A stretch of DNA of 41,160 nucleotides from Saprolegnia diclina VS20. Taxonomy: Eukaryota. The translations under genes and the position numbers were made by a program. This document shows positions 31,590 through 41,160 of this stretch, one piece after another. Each line of letters starts with the position of its first letter. Position 1 is the stretch's first letter. Under the pieces are notes generated by a model. The model was given only the letters and a program-made list of their open reading frames with translations. It had not been told where the DNA came from and did not search any database. The stretch covers positions 1,196,580 through 1,237,739 of the forward strand of contig NW_008246069.1 in the NCBI RefSeq assembly GCF_000281045.1, written 5' to 3'.

Positions 31590-32834
31590 TCACAGTGCTG
31601 TCGCTGTGGACTCTTGTTGGTGGTAGTAAAGCTGCCACCCTTCCGAGGGCTCGGCGGGCGGATCGACCATGTACTATCAAGATGTGTTAGAGAAACGAGG
31701 AGTTGACAGGAATACCGGCGGAATGCGAGTGCCCGTGCCGTCGTAGACCAAGAAGGCGTCCCATGCAAACCTATGGCAGCGTCACATGCGTCTCCACGCG
31801 CCGTGGGAGCAACGTACCGAACAGCGACGAGGCTTTCCATGGTCATTTTGGCCGCTCGCAAAGGGAACGCGATTGTCTTTGGCGCCACTGGACTCTGCTG
31901 CTCATCCACAGCAAGTGGTGGTGGTGGCGGGCGTTTGCGCGCCGCCATGAGCGCGTCTCGTGCCGCGAGGACCTCACTGGCCTCGGTTTGCGCGGCCACA
32001 TCGTCGGCGGTTAGTTGGGCACTCCGCTGCTTCTTGAGCTCCAGAAGCAGTCGCAGCCGCTTGCTCAAGGCCTCATGCTTCATTTGCTGCTGGTTGGAGG
32101 GTTGTGGCACTGCATCCTCCGTCGTTGTTGCTGGATCCATGGGCGTCTACGCGCCGTTGATCAGACATTATATTGCGTCAAGGGACCATACTGTCGACTC
32201 GGTTGGCAACGCGAGCTCGTCTGCCTTTGGGGGTTGCAGCCCTTTTGCAATGATAGCTTCGGCCTTTCGTCGCTGGCGCAGCGCTTTTCGGTACCTCTGC
32301 AATACCGTCGTAACGAGCGAGTTGACACCAAACACGTACCGTCTTCTTGGCCACGCGTTGGACGAGCCGGCGGTGCGCTGCAAACGCGTCGCTGTCCTCA
32401 AAGAACGAAGCGTGAAAAGCGCGCAGCTTCTCCATGTGGCTGTCCAACGTCGCACAGCGTCGGTCCCATTGCAGCTTGGTGCGCGTCGTTGCGCGGTCGT
32501 CGTCGTGCGGCCATGTCGCGGCCAAGTGCGCGAGATCTTGCTGGAGGAGTTTGCATTCGCGCACGGTCTGAAGGCCCCACGCGAGCTTCTCGCGCACGTC
32601 CTGCACAGTCATGGGTGGTGCTGGCGGCGTCCGCGCCTGGCGCGCCTCAAACTGCTGGACCCAGACAGCGTCCGGATCCACAAATCGTGGCGCAGCGTAC
32701 GCACGCAGCGGCGGTGGGCCATAGGCGCGCGGTGGTGGCGGGCGAAAGGCGCGCGGTGGCGGAGCATATGAGCCCGATCGCGCAGCAGAGAACCACGGTG
32801 GTGGCGGTGGCGGCCCGCCAGGCGGCGCTTGCAT
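31590..32834 (-). CDS. PDCD7: PDCD7 / U11-59K-like minor-spliceosome protein (355 aa, 5 exons)
   Basis: Exons 32834-32340, 32296-32192, 32146-31818, 31770-31716, 31673-31590 with GT-AG introns of 43, 45, 47 and 42 nt. Pro-rich N-terminus, DAVWVQQF, basic helix KKTRYRKALRQRRK, and spliced C-terminus LVAVRFAWDAFLVYDGTGTRIPPYMVDPPAEPSEGWQLY, matching the PDCD7 'IRxxWDxFL..GSxIPxxWVxPP..W' signature. Confidence 0.75.
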
Positions 32835-33908
32835 GATCGTGGCAGACGAAAAATCGAATGTGTCCCATAGTGTGGTCTAAACACACGCCATTTTAAACCT
32901 GGATGCCGAGGTGTGGATCGTGGGCGCGCATCGCGTGCAGGCGCTACCCATAAAATGTGTACACTGCAAGAATCGCTGGCTCGTGTCCAAGGTCAAGGAG
33001 TGCATTGGTGCTCGCGCACGGTCCACCCCGTCGACTGGTGCCGCTTCCATGGAGTGTTTTTAGCCTTGCGGTTGCGATTGGTAATCATTCGCCACCCGGT
33101 AGCCAATCACATGGGTGCAAACTGCGCGGTGGATCTTGGGCTCGGATCTTTCGGGCGCGCTTCGCTGCACGCATCAACGCGACACGAGATCGTGCGTCAC
33201 GCCGTCGGACGCTGTACAAGCAACGAGTAGCTACGCGTCGCACTTGTACGTAGAACGCAGCTCGCGTTGTTGCCTTGCGTTCCTTTGTCGAGGTACATTG
33301 TATCGCGGTGGCGGGTGAATTATTCCTCACTGCGACACTGCGGTCCGACGACGTGCGTCCTTGCGCCGACACAACCATACCGGTAGACGAGTTCTTCTTC
33401 TTCGAGGCGGCGACGACGACAGCCTCGGAATCTACCCCTTCGCAGGTGGCGCCACCCCTCCTGTCGCCACCGCGACTGGCTCGTTGCTTTGCAGCCCGGT
33501 GTACCACGACAGCGACGACTGCTACGACGACGGCGTCGTCGTCGTCGTGTACACGGTCCTACACTGTATGAAAGATGCAGTCGCGACTCGACATCGTTTG
33601 GGCCCTAAAGTCCAGTGCTTCGACCGGTCAACATAAACATGGGCCACCACAAGGCGGGGCAACGCATCATCCGCGCCACCCGACTTGAACTTGCACCAAT
33701 CGGCACCCAAAGTGCAATCTCAATAGCCAATCACGTGACGTCACGACCACGGGGACTACGAACTTATAGGCATGTCTTCCGTCCTGGCCAGACACGGCGT
33801 TGGTAATAGAAAGACGCCGAACGGCGTGGGGCGCGGCCGCAGCATGTACTGCACGTTGCCAGAAAGGCAACTCCACCAGCAAGCGGTCGGTAGAACGACA
33901 ATTGATCC

Positions 33909-36565
33909 ATGCGCCATCGACTGCGGCGTCTGCTCGTGGGCCTTGTAGCCGTACGCACAGTCATAGCAACCAGCGATCTACGGCTGGGCCGCGCGTCCAA
34001 GGTCGTGCCCGTGGCGACGACGACGTTCACGACCGACTGCGACGGCGTCGAGTGGAGCGACGGTGCGTTCGGCACCGACGCCAAGCCCGACCAAGTGTCG
34101 TGTGTGTGGTTTCCAAATGGCAGTGTGTACCGCGGCGGTGTCAAGACGTACAGCTCCCGCATGGGCACGACGGGCTTTATCAAAAACACTCTCGATGGCG
34201 AGTATGCCGTCGACTACGTGGCTTTTCTGCCCAACACGGCGGCCGTCATGTACATATATATATACGATGATGGTTTGAGAGCGCCTTCTTATGCACTTTG
34301 CCATGTAGTAAACTCGACAACCTCAACCTCAGCCGTGTCAACAGCAGCCTCGACGTTGACATCCACGGCATCCCGATCGTTGCCAAGACAATGTACAGTT
34401 GGGTGTCCTCGCAGGAGTCGACTCACGTCGCTACATGTACTAGCCAGCTTTTGGGCAACCAATTGACGACGCTCGACGTCCGACTGAGCGAGATGGTCAT
34501 GACGCTGTAGGCCAACGCGATGGATTCCGGTAGCGCAGACTCATCGCCAGCTTGGGCTAGGAACGTTCCGTTCAATCGCCTCACAAGCGTCCGCATCAAG
34601 GCACCTGCCCTCGCCGAACTGTACGACGCCTCGCGTAGCGTTCATGGCGTGCTAAGAGTTTAAACGTAGAAACCTCCGCCACAATCAACTCGGCGACAAC
34701 GCATTCGCCGCCGACGGTGTACCCAAGTCCCTCGCCCTCATGTACGCACAAAATCTCGTACATCTTATTCTTATTGCGCGCTAGTGATGTGGGCGACAAT
34801 GCGCTGACGGTCGTGCCCCCATCGCTCCTCACGCGCGGTCTCGTCAACATGTAAGACGTGTGGCAACCACGGTCCGCTGATATGATTGCCTCTAGTTCGC
34901 TCAACAACAATGCCATCACGTCGATCGATGGTGTCCAGTGGCCTTCGACGCTACAGATGCTGTAGGCTCGCTGTTTAGCCACGAATACTGAGGTTCTTAC
35001 GTAGGTCGCTCTGGAACAACTCGATCAAGGAGCTGCACGCCAACTTTCCCCCAAGTTTAACCCACCTGTCCGTGCGATCCTGTTGATGTATGTTTTTCAT
35101 TGACCGTATGTGTAGGTGCTTGGCGGGCAACCCGATCACGGCCTTGTATGCCAACCAGTCGCAGTTTGACCTGCTGAGCAAACTCTTAAACCCGAACGTG
35201 ACGTCGAGGACGACACTCAACGACCCGAGCTTCACGCATTTCGACATGTGCGGCAACGTGCTCTCCACCACGGCGACCGCATCCACGTGCAGCGCCGACT
35301 CGGACACCAAATTGCTCTACGGCGTCTTTCCCATCTGCCTTGTCCTCGACACGCCGTCCAGTGCCGGGCCGATGTCGACGTCGACGATTGTGATTTTGGT
35401 CTTGTCGCTTTCGCTTCTTGGCGTGCTCGGCTGCCTCGTGTACCGGCTGTTCCACAAGAAGCAGTGGTTTGAAGAGCTCGAAGAGCCGCCGCTCACGGGG
35501 CTCGCCGACAGCTGCCGACTCTACCACGACGTGCGCTTCGAAGAGGCGTTCCAGGCGTACCGGATCCCGGCCGCGGCCCTCGAGCGCCGGCGAATCCTTG
35601 CGCGCGGCGGCTTTGGCATTGTGTATTTGGCTGCGTACCATGCGCAGCCGACGAGCGCCCACCGCACGTACGTCGCGATGAAGCGTCTCTTGCCGTCGTT
35701 TGTCGACAACCCGCACGCGATCGATGAGTTTATGCAAGAGATCCGCGTCTATGCGCTGCTCCAGCACCCCAAGATCGTCGCGTTTGTCGGGATTACGTGG
35801 ACGACCTTGTACAACATGAGCATCGTCACCGAGTACATGCCGTATGGGGATGTGTGGAGTCTTCTGGTCGCCAACGCCAAGGCGGTGTCGTGGGAAGCGC
35901 CGATGATCGCCGACTCGGTCTTGCCGGCAAAGGAGGTGGCGTCGATCGGGTCCCAGCACAGCTTTACGGGCGACGCGTGGCGGTCAGCCCCGACAATTTC
36001 GTCCGACACGTCGAGCTGCTTTCAGCGCGGCGCGGCCAAGCTCGGAATCGCCATGGACATGGTTGAGGCCATGATGTACCTGCACGGCTTGTCGACGCCC
36101 GTGATTCACCGCGACATCAAGGCCCGGAACATTCTCTTGGGCCCGCACTACGAAGCCAAGTTGACCGACTTTGGCACAAGCCGCGCGCGCGAAGACGAGA
36201 TGACGATGACGGCCGAGATTGGGACGGCCGCGTGGATCGCCCCCGAGGTCCTCAAAGGCATCCGGTACAGCGAAAAGGCCGATATTTATTCGTTTGGCGT
36301 CCTTCTCTCGGAGCTCGACACGGCCGAGGTGCCGTACTCGCACGTGTATTTGGAGCCGGGCTCGACCATCACTCTGGCGCGCACGCGGATCGCAATGATG
36401 GTTGTCAACGGCGAGATTGCACCGCGCTTCACACTGCAGTGCCCGTCGGGCATCTACGAGATTGCGCGCCAGTGCCTCTCGTACAACCCGGACGACCGCC
36501 CGGACGCGACCGAACTCTTTGATTTGTTCCAGGAGTACCAACATTTTTTCGACTCGGCGCGCTAA
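33909..36565 (+). CDS. LRR receptor-like kinase (TKL), paralogue 5, 9 exons, ~754 aa
   Basis: Exons 33909-34249, 34309-34392, 34444-34506, 34561-34620, 34670-34741, 34785-34850, 34896-34961, 35005-35067, 35116-36565. Signal peptide MRHRLRRLLVGLVAVRTVIA, LRRs, TM IVILVLSLSLLGVLGCLVY, RD kinase. Confidence 0.9.
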
Positions 36566-37457
36566 TACACCTTATCTATAAACCCAGACACTGCTATAAA
36601 CCCCGAGGGCTATGTAATAGACACCTACCTACTACTACACTACCATTCGGACGGGTTGTGCCTCGATGACGGCGCTACGAAGAAGACATATACCCGCCGC
36701 CAACCGCAACTGCCTGTTCTATGGCTGGGAATCGCGCGCACGAGGTTGGCACGACGCGAGATGTATGGTTGTTTGCATGCCTCTGATGTTGGTACTGCCA
36801 TCATACAGCGTCGGCGGGGACTTGCGACCGATTCGTCTTGGAGAATGGCATAGAATCGAAGAGGTCGGTTCGCTGTTGTTGTTGAAATGAGTTATTAACA
36901 TGCAATTATATCGTGAAGATGGCGGAAGTCCCAATGCACTGGTGAGGTTTGGCCGGTACGTCAAGCTGAGGGCGCTTGGTCGGGGCGCACGATCGAGTGG
37001 GGAAAGAGATAGCGAGCGCACCAAGGGCCGGCGCGTAGGACATGGAGCGACTCGGCAAGCGAAGGCACCACGGCGCGGCGAACCAAGTGCCAGATATGCA
37101 ATCGCGTGATAGTAGCGGCTTTGATCGCGAGCGCATCAGCCGAAAGGGAAAGAGAGAAAGCTCGGACCTGACGTAAAACTTAGAGCTCGGTTCACTGTGC
37201 AAGCGTCAGGTACTAGTAGCGTCATGCTGAATTGTCAAGTTGATTGATGCGCACGGTACTGTACTGTGTTGCTGGGTGCACATCCCACGCCATTCCAAAG
37301 CGATATACACCAACGGCATGCCTCGTGGCAACCTATGCCAGCTCAGCGACCAAGTATATGTCCGTCCATGCATGCCCCGCCAAGAAGCCTTGTTGGAGAA
37401 TAAGAAGAATGCGTCTTATCCGATTAAATAATTGCAACAAAGGATGGTGGGCGCTTG

Positions 37458-37745
37458 TCATGCGACGACCACGTTGGTGGACTTGGCGTACGTCTCGATG
37501 GCGTCCTTCTCGCACTCGGTCAAGAGCTCGTAGCCGTCGACGCTGGCGAGGAGGTGCGGCGATGCGCAGCACGTCAAGTGGTGCCAATCGAGCGCAATGT
37601 ACCCCTTCACGTGCTGAAAGATGACGCCGACGCGGATCTCGCCTTGCTCAATGCGCGCGTCGCACGACCGGCACTGGGACGTACTCGTGGTCGCGCGGCC
37701 CAGGATCGGCGTGGCATGGCGCGTCCACGGGTTGAGAGCGGCCAT
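37458..37745 (-). CDS. Small stand-alone PARP-type zinc finger protein (~95 aa)
   Basis: RATTSTSQCRSCDARIEQGEIRVG...WHHLTC...VDGYELLTECEKDAI matches zf-PARP (CxxC...HxxC, IxxGxxRxG, trailing GxxxL helix). Start placed at MAALNPW; alternative ATG at 37865. Confidence 0.8.
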   Translation of the reverse strand: MAALNPWTRHATPILGRATTSTSQCRSCDARIEQGEIRVGVIFQHVKGYIALDWHHLTCCASPHLLASVDGYELLTECEKDAIETYAKSTNVVVA

Positions 37746-39124
37746 ACAACAGCGCGTTGTTTTCGCGAGTGCCACCAAGATCGCGCACTGTGCGTTTGTA
37801 TGGTGTCGACGCTGCGACAAAAGGGCCAAGTCGGCCAGGTGGCACCACCGTGGCCCGTCAAGCATACAAAAATCAAGTCATTTCGAATCCGAATTTTTCG
37901 GCCATGTTCAATATCTTGTTTTTTGTATGCCCTGCGATCCTCGGGAGTCCTACTCTGTAGAGGAGACGAGTGCTCGCCGAAAAGCTCCGGAGCTCGCGGC
38001 CATTGATTTCATGCGAGAGTGTCGCGCCATCTTATTTGGTCGTTGGCCGGACGACGCGAGCAGCAACGAGTGACCGAGTGCACTGGAAAAGCTACGCAGT
38101 ACTGTCGGCGCTGCTTCCTGAACTGGGTGATGCTGAAAGAACTGGCGACGACGGCGATGTTGGTCACGCGGCAACACGTGTCGGCGCCGAACGTCGCGAG
38201 CGTGTCATGAATTCTCGAAACGCAGAAGACTCTGGCGCGCCGCAGTAAATCGACTGTGCTCACCACAACAATCGGCTTCTTCGCCGCGTGTCAAAAGCAC
38301 GCCTGTCAACCTCGCTCCTACAGGTCGATCGATGGACCAGCGATGACTACATCCCAGCACGAGGTGGCGTCGATGCGACGACGAGAATTTGAAAACCTGG
38401 ATACTACTCGTTGTTCCACATTAGATACTAGTACCTGGATACCTGCACTTGCTCCTTCGGCCGGCACTGTCCGTGGTCGTCCTTGTCGACGTTTGCTCAC
38501 TGCATCATCACGTAGCTGCGACGGCAACACCCATTTGCACGGCTTTCATCTCCAGCAGTGTGTGCAATGCCCACGTGTAGCTTCGTCACCACCGCAATCT
38601 CCAGTGCGAACGCACCTCTCTCATACATTGCAGTATCTCTCTCTAGTATTACCGATCTGTACGTCTCCCCGCATCGAGTTCCTCGTTCCCATGTCCATGA
38701 CGCATGCTACACACCGAAGATGACATCCAGTCTGGGATGGCCGAAGAAGGGCCTACGTTTTCATTTGCTTCTACATACAATAACCAAGTTATTTACGTTT
38801 TTAGGGGACCCCTCCAAACGCCATCATGGTCGAGGCCGAGCTTCGCCACCACCAGCTTGTGTCGGACGGCCTTTTACATCCATACAAACATCAAGAGACA
38901 TTGAAACTACGGCCAGGACATACTGATTCCGAGTCGTTGGAACGAAGCAAAAATTCGAACTTCGACAGCTGGGTTCCACGCAGGTAGAGGGCCAATACAA
39001 AGCGCAAGTGCAGCAAGGTGGCGCCAATGCTTTGAGGATGGGACACCACGCATGGCGTCCGGCTATCGGCGAGTTACTGCGCGCGATAGCAGCGTCGTCG
39101 AATGCAAATCATTTCGAAATTGCC

Positions 39125-40906
39125 ATGCAGACGCCAGAGTCGCAGGTCGAGTTGGGCATGCCGCCAGCAGCCGCGCCGACCTTTCTCCAGCGTGCCAAGG
39201 AGTGGGCCATTGGCCACAAGAAGATTGTCGGGGCCCTTGGCGCCGTGGCCATGATTGGCACCGTCCTCGCGGTCGTGACCGCCAGCCCAAGCGTTGACAG
39301 TGCCACCGGCGTCTCGACCGGTGCGAACGGCGCCGGCATTTGCTACGACTCGACGGAAAACCCTGCGGACCTCGAGCGCCACTTTGGCTTGATCAAGCAA
39401 AAGTACTCGTCCGTGCGCACGTACCAAGTGACGTACGGGGGCAAGAACATGATTGACGTCGCCGCCGACGCCGGTCTCTCCATCGCGGTCGGTGTCTGGA
39501 TCGAAGGCGGCAACTGGGACAAGGAGCTCCAGGCTGCGATTGACGGCACGAAGCGCCATCCCGGTAGCGTCAAGGCTATCTACATTGGCAACGAAGAGCT
39601 CCACAAGGGCTGGGGTGCCGGCGCTGTCGTCAACGCCATCAACAAGGGCAAGTCTGCGATCCGAGCCGCTGGTATCAACGTGCCTGTCGGTACCGTCCAG
39701 ATCGACGGCGACTTCTTGCGCAACCCGCAGGTCGCCGACGCCTGCGACTCGATCGGTGTCAACATCTACCCGTTCTTCAGCGGCCCCGAGTCGATTACCA
39801 ACCCGATGGGCGATCTCAACGCGCGCTGGAGCGCAATCACCAACAAGTGGGGCGGGAAAGCACGCATCACCGAGACGGGCTGGCCCTCGGCCGGCGGCTC
39901 GTACAACGGCCACCACTCGACGTACGACAACGCCAAGAGCTACTTCGACAAGTTCAACGACTGGGCCGCCTCCAACGGCGGCGACACGACCTACTACTTT
40001 ATGTTCAAGGACGTGCCCAACAAGGGCGGCTACGAGACCAACTTCGGTGTCATGGACGGCAATGGCAACTGGAAGTACGGTGGCGCACCGGCGCCGCAGC
40101 CCCAGCCGTCCCCCTCACCGCAACCGCAGCCGTCTCCTTCGCCCTCGCCGCAACCGCAGCCGACTCCTTCGCCCTCGCCGCAACCGCAGCCGACTCCTTC
40201 GCCCTCGCCGCAACCGCAGCCGACTCCTTCGCCCTCGCCGCAACCGCAGCCGTCTCCTTCGCCGTCTCCCCAGCCGACCCCATCGCCTTCCCCGTCGCCG
40301 CAGCCGACTCCGTCGCCATCGACTGAGAAGCCCACCGAGAAGCCCACGGACGCACCGACGCCCAGCCCGACGCCTAGCCCGACCCCTAGCCCAACGCCAG
40401 AGCCGACGACGGCGACGCCGGAGCCTACCACTGTGACGCCTGAGCCGACGACAATCGAAGTCGCCTTCAACAATGGCTCGTCGTCCAGCAACAGCACGAT
40501 TCCATCCAACAACTCGACGGGGTCGTCCAACTCGTCCTCCAAGTCCGAGGAAGATGCGCTTCTTGGTACGCCGGTGACGCTTGTGCCGTCGTCGGGGAGT
40601 ACGCCGGGTGGTGCCACGGGCGCAACGCCGGGTCCGGGTGCGACCAAAACCAGTGGCCAGGAGACGCTCAACCAGAACAACGCCAACACGGGTGCCGCCG
40701 ACGATTCGAACGGCAGCAAATCGGCGGTGTCCTACGTCCTCGGTGGCATGGCACTCGTCGGTGTTGCCGCCGTCACGGTCCTCGTCGTCAACAACCGCCG
40801 CAAGAACCGCCTCCTCGAAGAAGAGAAGGATGTCTTTATGTCGAACCGCGACGACAGCATGATGGCCGTGCTCCAGACGCGCAAGAGCGCCATCGCGGTG
40901 TTGTAA
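39125..40906 (+). CDS. Glycoside hydrolase family 17 beta-1,3-glucanase/transglucosylase with Pro/Ser/Thr stalk and C-terminal TM (~593 aa)
   Basis: [17 protein letters not shown] (acid/base Glu), [19 protein letters not shown] (nucleophile Glu), YETNFG. Hydrophobic segments [20 protein letters not shown] and [21 protein letters not shown]. Confidence 0.92.
   Translation: MQTPESQVELGMPPAAAPTFLQRAKEWAIGHKKIVGALGAVAMIGTVLAVVTASPSVDSATGVSTGANGAGICYDSTENPADLERHFGLIKQKYSSVRTYQVTYGGKNMIDVAADAGLSIAVGVWIEGGNWDKELQAAIDGTKRHPGSVKAIYIGNEELHKGWGAGAVVNAINKGKSAIRAAGINVPVGTVQIDGDFLRNPQVADACDSIGVNIYPFFSGPESITNPMGDLNARWSAITNKWGGKARITETGWPSAGGSYNGHHSTYDNAKSYFDKFNDWAASNGGDTTYYFMFKDVPNKGGYETNFGVMDGNGNWKYGGAPAPQPQPSPSPQPQPSPSPSPQPQPTPSPSPQPQPTPSPSPQPQPTPSPSPQPQPSPSPSPQPTPSPSPSPQPTPSPSTEKPTEKPTDAPTPSPTPSPTPSPTPEPTTATPEPTTVTPEPTTIEVAFNNGSSSSNSTIPSNNSTGSSNSSSKSEEDALLGTPVTLVPSSGSTPGGATGATPGPGATKTSGQETLNQNNANTGAADDSNGSKSAVSYVLGGMALVGVAAVTVLVVNNRRKNRLLEEEKDVFMSNRDDSMMAVLQTRKSAIAVL
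40118..40267 (+). repeat. Coding tandem repeat, 5 x 30 bp (PQPQP[S/T]PSPS)
   Basis: Unit ccgcaaccgcagccg(t/a)ctccttcgccctcg repeated five times inside the GH17 linker. Confidence 0.95.
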
Positions 40907-41160
40907 ACTCGTATGTACTACGCGACTAACATCACTTTTTGCCTTAATTTACAATCTTGATTCATTCCTTGTCCAATATCGACTCCAGAATATATTCGTC
41001 ATCGAAAAGCCATATCGATGCAGCGACGTGGTACCCCTACCCCTCCTCGGGCTAGGGTTAGCTGCCGCGGCTGCACAATCGATGCCATTTATTGGCTTAT
41101 TGACCCAATAGCTTGACGGCATTGTTATGACAATAGGGTGTCATCGTGTATGTGGGCATA

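Noticed and set aside
32900..33640. Coding-like GAC/GTC-rich stretch between PDCD7 and RLK5
   Set aside because: I could not build a consistent open spliced frame or recognise a domain on either strand; it may be a decayed gene.
38090..38250. Possible hAT transposase C-terminal remnant (WVMLKELA...ERV)
   Set aside because: The similarity is too short, needs a frameshift, and no terminal repeats or other transposase motifs are visible.
40118..40267. Regular 30-bp repeats as a CRISPR-like array
   Set aside because: There are no spacers; it is an in-frame coding tandem repeat in a eukaryotic gene.
1..41160. tRNA, rRNA or snRNA genes and intact transposons
   Set aside because: None recognised by eye. 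tRNAscan-SE, Infernal and RepeatModeler would be needed to exclude them, especially in 22560-23200, 36600-37450 and 37900-39100.

Overview
Eukaryotic, gene-dense window from an oomycete, most likely Saprolegniales (inferred from short 42-73 nt GT-AG introns, GC3-rich codons, Inr/FPR-like promoters and the gene families present). It has one 520-nt assembly gap. Left part: a disrupted PDZ-like gene whose 3' part is folded into a ~250-bp inverted repeat, two intronless bacterial-type ElaA GNAT acetyltransferases, a TM9SF/EMP70 nonaspanin, AP-4 mu, and a NELF-B/COBRA1 homologue with a bromodomain inserted in frame. Right part: five same-strand LRR receptor-like (TKL) kinases, interleaved with a full-size ABCG/PDR transporter, an F-box-like/LRR gene and a PDCD7 (U11-59K) homologue. 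The window ends with a stand-alone PARP-type zinc finger and a doubly membrane-anchored GH17 glucanase. The ORF track misses the receptor ectodomains. Hand splicing shows they are built of LRR micro-exons separated by 36 introns, all phase 2, and 35 of them split an NT|N hydrophobic codon. Paralogues differ by precise presence or absence of single introns, have mosaic kinase domains and a hypervariable kinase insert, and share an upstream GTYCCGTGAC motif. All family calls come from motif recognition by eye; no database search was run.
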